From contig JAUCBJ010001142.1 in the NCBI GenBank assembly GCA_032718475.1, positions 64,871 through 128,870 on the forward strand: a stretch of 64,000 bases of DNA. Direction: 5' to 3'. The DNA comes from Nemertoderma westbladi (lineage: Eukaryota; Animalia; Xenacoelomorpha). Below, piece by piece: positions 1 to 12,284 of this stretch (positions are counted from its first letter, which is position 1; each line of letters starts with the position of its first letter). Under the pieces are notes generated by a model. That model was given only the letters and a program-made list of their open reading frames with translations, was not told the origin of the DNA and made no database searches. The translations under genes were made by a program, and so were the position numbers.

Positions 1-615
1 AACACTAGAAGCAGCATGTTCTAATAAGCTGAGGAGCCGTTGGGCTCCCTCTAGTGATTCTGAGAGTACTCCTAAGTCATCAGCAAAGTCTAGATCAGTT
101 AGGTACTTGGCAGGAATTCCTCGACTTCTGGAGCCAGTAGGTGGAGTTATCATCACCCCATCATCATTATGATGATCTAAGGACATGCGTAGAACATAGT
201 CAACCACAATTACGAACAAGAATGGTGCAAGTGTGTCTCCCTGGAGCACGCCCCATAACAGTTCAAATGGTTCTGTGTCACCGTCAACAGTAGACACAAA
301 TGTTGTCGGACCATTGTATACTGATCTGATTGCTGCAATAATTTCATCAGGAATCCCATATAATGAAAGTATGCTGAACATGCGTGAGCAAGAGACTGAA
401 TCAAAGGCCTTGAAAAAGTCAACAAAGATAACAGCCAGATGTCTGTCTGTCTTTCTTTTTGATAACTCTTCAATTATCCTTCTAAGTGCGAAAATGGGCT
501 CCATGGTCCCACGACATTTACGGAACCATTCTGATTTCCATGGAGCAGTCTCTCAATGGGATCCCTGATGCGATTTAATAGAATTCTATTGTATAGCTTT
601 GCTGCAATCGAGAAG
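1..615 (-). mobile_element. Non-LTR retrotransposon (RTE/RTEX-like) reverse transcriptase fragment, 5'-truncated, continues off the window start
   Basis: Manual minus-strand translation: SIAAKLYNRILLNRI...QNG(frameshift ~522)RKCRGTMEPIFALRRIIE...FVDFFKAFDSV...GVLQGDTLAPFLFVIVVDYVLR...LTDLDFADD. These are canonical LINE RT motifs. Confidence 0.9.
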
Positions 616-2199
616 CAACGACGTAAAATGTACTGTATTGCGGACTCCTAAAAATCCCGGACTCCGAAAAAACGGACGTCCTAATTTAGCTACCCGACCC
701 CCCCCCCCCATGTCCAAAGAGTCAGGAATTTGAAGACCCCCCCCCCCCCCCCCCCCCCCCCTGTGACCTCGGACGTCCTTTATTGACAACCCATAAACAA
801 CATGTACTATTAACAAAACGTTTATTGTTTCGATTTAAAAAATATGATGACGCGCAGTAACCTGCTCCTTTTCCATAATTGATAAATAACATCAATTCGT
901 TTAAAGTCATATAATTTAGACGAAATGGGTTTTAATTCCGTGAAAGGGGAAGGTAGGGGGTTGGTCCTCCAGGTATCTACAGGATTAAAGGTTGCTGATA
1001 TAAAAAACAATAATTCAAGCGACCAATCAGATGGTACAATAAAAATACTGGAATATAACGCTGCACTCCAATAATAAATCAATGTTTTATTAGGTAGACA
1101 ATGAAAACAAATAGAGACAACAGCTGGCGGTAGTACCGGTACATAAATAGTAAGAATATAATACAAATCACTAAAAAATACCTTAATGTTCCATTTTCTT
1201 AAAATTAAAGCACTGATTAAGTATCACAATAGATATATTAAATTGGGAAAATTAGAAAACAAAGTTATAGTTATTATTAGTTACGATTGTACAACTTGAT
1301 CGCTGTAAAAGATATTGTTTTAAACAAAATATTTTACGAGGATAAATAAATAATATGTAACTTTATTTTCACGATGTTCGGGATAATTTATTTTCCGACG
1401 AGCATAGGGCTAAATTTTGAGTTAGTGAGTGGATTTTGTTCAAAATCTGTGCAAACCTTTTCTACTTAGATTTTTTTTCACCCATGAAATTCCACCAAAA
1501 ATATTTTAAAATTTATTTTCATTATTTTGCTTTTTTAGCCGGGAAAAAAAGTATCCAATCCGATGCGTTATTTTTTTCCCCTTGGGAAATGGAACTCCCC
1601 TTTCTCTCGATATTAGTGTATTCGGGCGAAAAAGTGACGATTTAAGAATAAATGCTATATTTAAATTTAAAATATAAAAGCTAATATATTGGCATCAATA
1701 ATATAAACTGCTAAACTACAAATATAATATCAACCCAGCACCACTCTATTAAGGAAATGTTATTGAAATGGAATTAATATATTAAAAGAAGCGTTAATAT
1801 AATTAATATTAAAGGTCTATTGGCAGTTGTAATTATTTATATATACTATTACTATTAACTACATCGACGTTTTGTATTTCAATAACTATACAGAATGTTC
1901 TAAGTCCAAAAACTCGATAAAAAATATTATATATATAGATAAAACCCCATTAAGAGATTTTATTTACTTTTAACCTAAACTTTCAAATAAATATAATATA
2001 TCAATACTAACAAATATTGGATGTTGGCCTTGCGAAACTTACAGATACATTCAATAGAAATTTAAAAGACACATTTAGGAATGGTTAATTCGATTAGATA
2101 CAAATAAAATAACAATTTAACAAATATGTATATATATATACTAAGTACTGGAATATGTCTTATCAATACAGTTAGTCTGCCTCTCCCCACTCCCAAAAA

Positions 2200-2780
2200 A
2201 ATTGTTAAACAAATAGTAAAAGATTTTTCGTTCGGGATTACTTATCAACCGGTTTACAACTGCCAACCATTGTGTCCATACAGACAATAAATGGGCAATG
2301 GGCAAGATTGCAATAGGTAACAACTTTAATCCAGACCACAATCTGTGGATTACCCCCTTAGATATTTGGATGCGAACAGTTATCACTAAATACTTGATGG
2401 AAGTCACGAACAGATCAAAATTTAACAATGGCTACACTTTAATCACATACCATGTGTATAACAAACACTCCATCTGGCTTAAAGATTATCTTGCTTGGGA
2501 CACAGACATTAGATCTGCAAACTCAGTTTCAAATATTGAATTATATATCCACAGGAATTTTTTCTATATACTCAAGAAAGTATACAGAAATACATCATAT
2601 CGCTGCAGGTAGAGAATCCTTAGAAATAATGAACGTCTCGAAATTCCAGAATATTTCACACCGTTGCTGATCCCTATGTTGCTTAAATGTATCCGATCAC
2701 ACTTTGAAACATCCTCATGTATTTGTGGGTCAGATAAAACAGCAGATCACTTCTTATTCCACTGCCCCTAACATAACACT
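2200..2780 (+). mobile_element. Highly decayed 3' end of a non-LTR retrotransposon ORF2
   Basis: 2718-2771 translates CICGSDKTADHFLFHCP*, matching the CxCG..ETxxHxxxxCP zinc knuckle at the end of many LINE ORF2 proteins. Upstream frames are broken and the boundaries are approximate. Confidence 0.5.
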
Positions 2781-3882
2781 CGGGTTTTTTTGCTAGGCAA
2801 AACTATCCCTGTTTAAACTTTCATTCGTGGATTATTCATTACGAAATGTAACAAGGCTTGTGGGGCCACATAATCGTGAGACACTATAATCCCTGACTTG
2901 GTGAACGTTAATGAAAGATACAAAATGGAAAACAGAATACAAAAAAAGCACAAAAGTTTGTATATAAATCACACAAGGCTGATAAATAAATCAAGAAAAT
3001 ACAGAAAAAATATTTTAGAATACCGAGCTACATTAATTAGTAAAAAATAATTATATAACAATAACATGGCTCATACACAGCAAGGCGGTACCATTTACAA
3101 AATCAATGAGGCATTATTTGGATTATTCCAAATTGAGAACATTTAATTTAAAGACTTTAGGAATATTTAGGGTTTTATATAAAATAATACAGACACAGAC
3201 AGGTGTAAATTCTCTTATGGTAATATTTAAGGAGAGTATAATTTATTGGTAATGGAAAAAAGCCACAAAATGTGAGAAAACTAGTAACTAACTTTCAGAA
3301 GGTATAATAAATATTAAATATCCCAATTTTGTGGCGATTTCATATCAGAAAATTATATTAGATAAATATATAAGAAAAAAATGGGAGCATTGGGTTTATT
3401 TGTATTATATACCAGTAATTTATATTGGAAAAAAATGAACCAAAATTATTTGCCTTTTTGGCCGACAAAATATATTTTTATTATACAGGATTTTATTATG
3501 TTATTTATATTAGTACAATAATATACTAATGGTATCCCGTGTAATATATGTAAAATATTAGTTTAGCTCATATTGTAAAAACATTACCAGTACCTGTATC
3601 TAAACTGGTACCTGCGGAGATCAGGGTGGGATGTGTAAAGGATGGTTAAAAAAGAATAGAAAGAAAAACATCAACAATAAAAAGCGAAACAAATTATATA
3701 TATATATATAAACTGAAATAATCTGGATTTCATATAGAATCTGTTAGGAACCATGCTGAATATATACTGGACCCTTAATAAACAAACAAACAAACAACCA
3801 GATGCGGAAATAGAAAAAGAAACAAAAATTATGTAACCAAATCAGCAACTAGTGAAGAGCCACTGAGTCTGTAATTCCATAC

Positions 3883-4640
3883 ATACCGGTACATTGTGTA
3901 TATAATACCAGTATATTGTGTACCGGTATATTGAGCATATAATACTGGTGCATTGTGTATATAATACCGGTACATTGTGTTGTATACTGGTACATTGTGT
4001 ATATAATACCGGTACATTGCGTATTTAATACTGGTACATTGTGTACTGACTACTGACTGGTACATTGTGTACTGGTACATTGTGTATTGGTACATTGTGT
4101 ACTGGTACATTGTGTATATAATACCGGTACATTGTTTATATAATAGTGGTACATTGTGTATATAATACCAGACCAGTACATTGTGTTGTGTACTGGTACA
4201 TTGCGTACTGACTACTGGTACATTGTGTATATAATACCAGTACATTGTGTATATAATACCGGTACATTGCGTATTTAATACTGGTACATTGTGTACTGAC
4301 TACTGACTGGTACATTGTGTATATAATACCGGCACATTGTGTACTGGTTCATTGTGTATATAATACCGGTACATTGTGTATATAATCCCGGAACATTGCG
4401 CATTTAATACTGGTACATTGTGTACTGACTACTGACTGGTACATTGTGTATATAATACCGGCACATTGTGTACTGGTTCATTGTGTATATAATACCGGTA
4501 CATTGTGTATATAATCCCGGAACATTGCGCATTTAATACTGGTACATTGTGTACTGACTACTGACTGGTACATTGTGTATATAAAACCAGACCAGTACAT
4601 TGTGTATATAATACCGGAACATTACATTGTATATATAATA
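3883..4640. repeat. Complex minisatellite built from (C/T)GGTACATTGTGTA(TATAATAC) and CTGACTACTGA modules
   Basis: Tandem units of ~15-23 bp are directly visible, with ~120-bp higher-order blocks at 4260-4580. Confidence 0.9.
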
Positions 4641-4770
4641 CTCGACGACAATAATGCATTATTTGAGAAGCACGAAAACTACATTAAAATATATGAAAAG
4701 GCAAATTAAACTACAAATATTATTAAAAAAAGCGGATTATAATGTAATCTAGCAAGAGCGACTCTGTCTA

Positions 4771-5271
4771 TCAGGCTTTCCGTTTAACTGGTTTGTTCCC
4801 AGAGCTCTCCGGACTCGCATCCTCCACCCTCATAGCCTCTTCTTCATCCTCTTCGTCTTCGTCTCCATCGACAACGGGGGTTCCAACACTCTGATCGCGT
4901 TTCCTCTGATAGATGAAAATAACAAGAAACAATACAAAGACCTCGACTAGTATACCAATGAAGGGCCACAAGGCAGCGAGAGGATCCTTAACTCGCAGGA
5001 AGAAGTTCCAATGAACTCCCATCCCAAAGTCGTTAAGCGCCGAGCAGTTGAACTCGGTGCGATCCTGCTGCGTGGTCTGCATTATCGTGAGGTTAGATAC
5101 CAGAGAGGTGATGGAGACTTCATTCACCGTGTCGGTGGTAACGTTATCGGTGTTTATAAAGAATCGTCTGTCAGTCGAGTTGTTAATTTCCTCCCACTCT
5201 TTCCCCTGTAGGCGGTGCCAAGTGACTGTTGAAGGAAGTGGGTATCCTTGGATCTCGCATGTTATAGTAAC
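4771..5271 (-). CDS. Bsg: Basigin/neuroplastin (CD147)-family protein, exon 2: membrane-proximal Ig domain, transmembrane helix, acidic tail
   Basis: Acceptor ttttttccatccag|GTT at 5272/5271. Reads VTITCEIQGYPLPSTVTW...LTIMQTTQQDRTEFNCSALNDFG...LRVKDPLAALWPFIGILVEVFVLFLVIFIYQRKR. The LAALWPFxGIxxEV..IFIY helix with an intramembrane Glu is the basigin/neuroplastin/embigin signature. Confidence 0.9.
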   Translation of the reverse strand, partial: VTITCEIQGYPLPSTVTWHRLQGKEWEEINNSTDRRFFINTDNVTTDTVNEVSITSLVSNLTIMQTTQQDRTEFNCSALNDFGMGVHWNFFLRVKDPLAALWPFIGILVEVFVLFLVIFIYQRKRDQSVGTPVVDGDEDEEDEEEAMRVEDASPESSGNKPVKRKA

Positions 5272-5870
5272 CTGGATGGAAAAAAATGAAAAATATGAGA
5301 ATACCAGTATATCTAGGAATATTATCTATTTTATTTAGGGTTAGGTCCTCAAAGTGCACTGCCTCGAAGAGAATCGTGGTCCTTCGGGTTGTGATAAAAT
5401 ACAGAAACCATTCGGAATTTATTTTCAACAGAATAATCATGGTTACAGGTTAAAAAACGTACCCGACCAATAACGTAGCCGTATATCAGCATAAGCTATG
5501 TGGTATGTGTAACTTAAGGTATGTTAATTTTAATTAAATTAAAAAAATTAAATTAATTTCACATTAATTTAATTAATTAAATTAAAAAAATTAAGAGAAA
5601 GGAGCAGGTTACAGTGACGGTGTTTTCTAACCAAAACATAATTCAATAGGCCCTAAACAATCACTTTATCAATCACTCCTGCAGTCCTGCCAATTGTGGG
5701 AAATGAGCAGGTACGTTTAACTACCAAAATGTACCCTTTTCTGCTTTGCCTTACAGTGGAAACGTACCCAATATTGAGGAACGTATACGGCCGGGTACGT
5801 TTTAACCAGGGTACGTTTTCACTTGTTCCCATAAAGGCTATATGTAAATTATTTATTAACAACTTCCAAC

Positions 5871-6623
5871 CTGGTTATCCTGTTTAACATCAACGGATAT
5901 TTCTCGTTCATTCATAATTCTCAGATCACAGTAAATCGCGATAACGTAAGAAGTCTCCTTGTCTTCCCCGTAATTAACCCTTACAATGTATTCATCACAG
6001 TCAGCAGCCCCACCAAACTCTTTTATCACCACACCTTCCCAACAACTATCCAGAGCTTCGTATCGCTCGGGATTTTCTGTCGCATCCAATGCCTCTGTAC
6101 TGCAGATTGGAGGGAAGGTGTTGTTTCCCTTATAGATATTGACACTATTGATGTCAGTACGTGAGTTGAACTTGATCGCTATGGTAACTCTGTCTTCATA
6201 CTTTGGTTCTTTCTCGTACGGCTTGTCTTCATAGACAACATCCGGCTTCACTGACACAATAATTTCGACGTGTGTATTCGGGTCTGACTCCGTTGCGCAT
6301 TGGTATCCTCTGGATAGTTCATCTGCGTACCCCAACTCTTTGATTGTCAGAACAGCATCGTTACCGTCGTAAGAGACAATTCTATTACCATCATCTGAGT
6401 TAGTAATAGGTTGAAGGGTAGCTCTGTTAATTATCACGGTTTTTTCGGATCCTGATTTACTCTTGCAGGTTATTTTCAGCGGTTCACTGAATGTTGAACT
6501 GCATTCAACCTTGTAGTTTCCATCGTTTTGACCAATAGTGGCAACAATATTTTCACAACTGTTGATCCCATTTACTCCGCAAACAAATAAAGAAATTGAT
6601 AAGATAAGAAACAGCAACATCAT
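5871..6623 (-). CDS. Bsg: Basigin-family protein, exon 1: signal peptide and two divergent Ig-like domains
   Basis: ATG at 6623 followed by a hydrophobic signal peptide MMLLFLILSISLFVCGVNG; Ig-like C...LTIKELGYAD...YQC. Donor CAG|gttgga at 5871/5870 splices in phase 0 to exon 2, giving ~417 aa. Confidence 0.8.
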
Positions 6624-7713
6624 CAATGACTTTCAACTTTTTTAATTCAGAAATTTCTTAACACAAAATAAAAAGGCCTATCAGAATGATGTCTACATCC
6701 CGACAAGACATTTAGTGACAGCATCAACAGATCTGCCACAGCCAATCAAATAGGAGGTACTCATCATATGGATGGGTGTCTAAACTATTCTGCCAAACAA
6801 GAAGGAAAGTTAGGCTGTTATGTAACCTGACAGCATGGCATGGAGATAACCAGTGGAGCAGCCGTTATACAGACTTTATGACGACAAGCTAGTACAGTAC
6901 AGCAGTACGCAACTATACTTCTTCAATGGCGGCCACGTTATATATTTGATGTTAGGGCAAACCAATGAATACCATTGTTTGTCGTAGTCAGTCGGGCACT
7001 TTGTCAATATTGACATGTTGTCAATATTGACATGTTCCATGTAGCCATCGCCATGTCAAAATGGACATGAGGGGTATTCCGTATGAGATCAACACAGCAA
7101 AAATCCTTACCATCTCAGATTTTCTTGAAATTTGGTGGAGAGGTAGTACCTATAGAGTAAGTAACTCATGCCAAATTTTAGATCTTAGAACTGCTTGCAC
7201 TCACGAGATATGCCACCTCAAAATTTGAAGTTTTCGCCGATTTTCGTTCGGACCGGAAGTATACAAAGAGGCATTATTAATGAAGATCTCATAATAAACA
7301 TGCAACATAAGTATACATTTGAAAGCTCTTGTCTTGCTCTTTCATAATATCGTGATACTTGTGCTATATTTTCCACTTAGCTCTCTTAATGTAGGTAGCT
7401 TTAAAGACTTTAAATGCGAAGCGCGAAAAACATATATACTTCAATTTTGCTCAAACTTGGCACTTGGCTCAAATTATCCTTATTATGTCTCTTAACACCC
7501 ATAAAAAAATTGGGATGGCTTTTGCGCCCCTTCGTGACTTACAGGCGTTTTTGTTTTGGTCATTCGACAGTTTTGCGAAACATCGCGATGTTTCGCAAAG
7601 CATCACGAAATGTTGCGATCACAACATACATTGTTGAATGTTAACAATATTTGCGACTATCTCTTTGCATGTGTTTAACTATGTCATTTGTCATTATTTG
7701 ATTATGTCACATA

Positions 7714-7885
7714 TCATTTGTTAATCGGCATAAAAATGATTTTTACTTTGAAATATCTCAAAAAAGATCTTTATTTTTTTTTATACATGGCAGCATGGCT
7801 CATTTGTTAATCGGCATAAAAATGATTTTTACTTTGAAATATCTCAAAAAAGATCTTTATTTTTTTTTATACATGGCAGCATGGC
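7714..7885. repeat. Tandem duplication of an 86-bp unit (2 copies)
   Basis: tcatttgttaatcggcataaaaatg...atacatggcagcatggc starts at 7714 and again at 7800. Confidence 0.9.
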
Positions 7886-9693
7886 AATGCCTGCTAGGGA
7901 GGGATATATATATCAATATATTTCTCAAATAAATGGTAAAGAAACAGTGTATACCTTTTCGCATTGTCGAACTTAAACAATCAATATGATTGTGCTTGGC
8001 TAGTTTTTTTTTACCCTTATATATTTTATATGAGTCACTGAGTGGTTAATTGGATAAAAACAAATTGTAGTATCTAGCACTATCTAGATAGCATGTAGGC
8101 CCTAGTATGTAGCACAAATATCTCACAAATAAATGAAATTGTTGTGGTTGCTAGTATGCTTGTGGCAGGCTACCTTAGTTATTACTTAAAGTGCATGAAT
8201 GTAGCTAAATTTCATTTGAAAACCGGCAGTGAAATTTTAACATTAGCATTCTAAAAATTATGCCATTAGAATCGCCATAAAATTCTGTATAAATTAATTT
8301 GAGAATTAGAATCTCATCGTTAGGATAACTATCATAATATTAAAAATAAAAATATGCTCAGCTTCTGCTTTGAGTACCGGTACTAGTGGAGTTACAGCCA
8401 AAATATGTCCGGAAATATAATCGCAGCCTGTGAAGGACAAATAGTGGCTGCACGGACACTTTCTGGATGTAAATATGTGGACAATTTTTGGCTGAGCTTC
8501 AGCCAGAAAGTGACCAGTGTTCTAACTGTATTTGCTACCGAATTTGCCGAATTTTTTTTTCAAATTCGGTTCGGTTCCGATCAGCAAAATTTTAAATTCG
8601 GTCGATCCACAGTCTGATCATTTATATTATTTGGCATTTGGTTTCAGTATCTGTCTCAGTGTCTGTCAGTCTGTATACCTTATAAACCGATTCGACTGTC
8701 CTTTTCAGCATTTCCCTTGCGGCAGTTCCGCAGTTGCGGTGCTAAGGCCTCTGAATTGTTTCAACAATTCGTGCTTCCATGGTTGGAAATTGCGACGATC
8801 GCAAAGGCTTCAGTTTCAAAACCTTTTACAGTTTCAAAGCATTTCACATGCTGCGCAAAGGCCTGGATAATTTCGCAGCTATTTCAGTATTTATCAAGCT
8901 GCACAAACAGACAAAGGCCTCTTAACAATTTAAACAGCTCATTTCAGCATTTATCATGCTTTACGAACAGACGAATTCCTTTTATAACTGTATAACAGTA
9001 TAAAGGGTCTCTGACAGTCTGAACAGTTCTAACAGTTTCAACATTTCTCATGTTGCACAAAGCCTTCGAAACAATTAAGTCGGGGTGCGTTGCGTGGGGG
9101 TGAATGTGCCCTGATTACAAATCATTATAAATGGTGTGTACGAAAGTAATTAATCGGTATTCCCGTTTTCACATAAACAATAATGTCTATAAATTAAATT
9201 GTAAGCAGCAATGTCTCCAAGGAATGAGGTTTAAGCGACAGTGTTTGATTGTTTATACATACATAACCTACTTTATACAGAGTATGTTTAATTTGTTTAC
9301 CTTTACTGGAGCCACTGCTTATTAATGTTAATGTATAATAAAACGAGCTAATTAATAGGGCTCGATCGGAGTTGGGATTTGGCCGGAGCCGGAGCAGGAG
9401 CCGGAGTTGGACAATTTGGCCGGAGCCGGAGCCGGAGTTTTTCAAAAATTTAATTATTTATAAAAAAAATAAAGTAATGGTTATCGTTCGCCAATTGCTC
9501 ACAATCAATCATACTGTAGGTCTAATTACATAATTAATTTCATAATTTATAGATTTACGAATTTTCAATTTAAAATTTAAGTAATTAATTTATCATGGAC
9601 AGACGGCCTGACGCTGATGGCTAAAAATTACCTACAGTACCTAACTCACTAGGCCTACCTAACTGTACAGCCGTACAGCCCGACAGCCGTAAG

Positions 9694-12284
9694 TAGGGTT
9701 CGATCAGTGCACCGGCACCGGCACCGGTATTGCCGGTGTTTGGCACCACCGGCACCGGCACCTGCACCGGCAAAAACATTGCCGGTGCCGGTGTTTTTTA
9801 AAATGATTGGCTGCTGTTAAAATTGAAGCCTACTGCAGTACCGGTACTGCAGACAGCCTGGCTAAGCTATCAGTCAGCTACAAGGCAGCAATGCTATAGC
9901 TGTTTGACTGTCTGTCTACTGGTCTAGCAGTCTAGTGACTTGACTAGTGGTAGGGTAGCCCAGAATCATAACGCCTTACTTAGTGTAAAACTGATACACT
10001 ATGTTATTTCTGTACCGTATTTTATGTAATATATAAATACTCTAGGCCTACTGTAACTGTACACATATAATTTTAATGCAATCGTTTTATTTAAACTTTT
10101 ATATTCATTTTATTGTAAATCTAAACCATTTTATATAAATGCGTGACATCATAATTTTACAGTATTGTAGAATTGTACGTACTTGTTGCTCTGCTGCTGT
10201 ACCCGTGTGCTGGACAGCTGGGTTAAGCTATTACAACTGTACAATATTAATTCAGAAATTGATCAGTCAGTACATAGTCGGCCAGCTACTGAGCTACTGT
10301 ACCTTCTGTCAATCTGTGACTGTGGTACTTTACTGCATCACTGCCTCAAACACACGAAGACATACTCCTAGCTAGGCACATATACCAGGTTGGAATTCAT
10401 GCATGAGCGCGCAGGTACGCTTTGTTGTTTTGAAATCACCGCGCACCTGAAATTGGCTCGTCGCGCACCTCATCATATGTCATAATCCAAACAAAATCGC
10501 GCAGCTCATGTCATGCATATCTCAAAAAATCGCACAGTTCATAAGAACAATTTTACATTCCTATTTTACAAGTTTGAGCGTTTTAAGCTTATCTTTACGT
10601 CTGTCTGTCTGTACGTTGAATCTAGGCTTACATAATAAATGTAATTTTTGCAACATCAAAATTGTTAATATTAAAAAATATTTTTTTAATCCACTACTAT
10701 GGTGGCCCATCGGGCTCACTGCTTTTATAACAGAAAATATTATTTTAGATTACAAACAAAACATGTACCGGTAATTTCAAAAAAACGAATATTGAAATAG
10801 GTACCAGTCTGCCAATAATACTTTGTATAGGCCTACCTAACAATTAGGCTTAAACATACAGTTGGCTTATAATTAAGTCATACTTATAATACATTGTTAC
10901 TTTCTGACTTTACCTGTTTACTAATGTAACATCGGCATAGCATAGACCTAATAACAATACAACAATAGAGTACTGTAGTTAAAATAAATAGACAAATTCA
11001 GCTCCGGTTGCCGGTATTACAGTATTATGGTGAAGTGATTTGACTGTTTGAAGAATTGGAAATGAGAAACTAATGCGAGCGCAGTGAGCGAAATTTTTTT
11101 GTGTATTTTCGTGATTTCAATTAATTTGTGGTGCGCATCAGAGGCAGAACTGCGCGCTGAGGCGCAACGCGCACCTGTCTCACACCCGAACGCGCACCTG
11201 TCTCACCCAAACGCGCATCTGGTTTGCGGTCATTCGCGCAGGTACGCGTCCGAGTTTTGCAGCATGAATTCCAACCTGGCACATATACGGTTGTGGTTTA
11301 GAAAATCTACGCGCCGCAACCATAAAACAATTCACAAACATACCCGAACTACTAGCGACGGAAGCTAACCTAATCTATACATACAACCCCCCACTTAACG
11401 TAGCAAGACCAGCAATCTAAACCCAATGTTTTATATAATACATTCTATATCTTACACAACTACGGTGCCCTCTATAGCGAATTTCCGGGGTTTTATGTGC
11501 TTTTCCCCTACCTTCCTTTTTGTTTTTGTCTTGGTTTTTTCTGTTTCTTGTGATTTCTTACTCTGTAAAAATTACAGCTATCATTATGTTGCATTCTACC
11601 TAACCGTGCGCTCTAAGTAGATACCTCATAATCCTATGTAACCTACCTAATCCAATTATACCATTCAGTATGTAGACACATGACCATTCCTGGGATTTCC
11701 CTATCAACTTCTCCCAACCTTATAACCCAACCTGCAACCCTATATTTGTACTTTAGATTGACAGCTTACAACTAACTCGCTGTACTTTCCCTATCACAAT
11801 TACCTTACGTTATACAGTACATACATATACGTTAACCTTTCTGGGATTCACCTATCAGGTATTCCCCTTTAAAACTTAGATATATATATATATAGACCCC
11901 TACCTTTTCCTGTTAGTTGCCAGTACATAGTCTGATGCAGACCGGTAGGCGGTAGGTCGAAAACGTTTACTTTTGTATCTTTATCTAATATAATATAACC
12001 AGCTAAAGACCCTCAATACTTTATTTTTTTATCATCTTTACACTATGCCTCATTTCTGCATTTCATTAGGTGACAGGGTTAGGCTGTTAGGTGTGCCTGT
12101 GCGTGTGGCCTAATGTAATAGACATAGATTACACAAAAATTTATATTATTTCGTTTTCAAATAGAATTACGCCAAATTTGCCCAACATTTAAAAACACCG
12201 GCACCGGCACCTGCACCGGCATTTACAATGTGACACCGGCACCGGCACCGGCACCGGCAAAATTTTGGCACCGATCGAACCCTA
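9694..12284. mobile_element. Non-autonomous hAT-type element nested in the previous one
   Basis: TIR TAGGGTTCGATC(A/G)GTGC, 8-bp TSD GCCGTAAG (9686-9693, 12285-12292), subterminal (GCACCG)n repeats. Confidence 0.92.
10386..11278. mobile_element. MITE, innermost member of the nest
   Basis: 17-bp TIR CAGGTTGGAATTCATGC / GCATGAATTCCAACCTG flanked by the direct repeat GCACATATAC (10376-10385, 11279-11288); subterminal CGCGCACCT motifs. Confidence 0.9.

Noticed and set aside
697-762. Long poly-C/poly-G runs here and at ~28025, 32070, 33806, 40304, 50058 and 61738
   Set aside because: Simple homopolymers, several inside repeat elements, with unreliable lengths; the Gly/Pro-run ORFs they create are artefacts.
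3829-4245. 138-aa Tyr-rich ORF
   Set aside because: Lies within the minisatellite.
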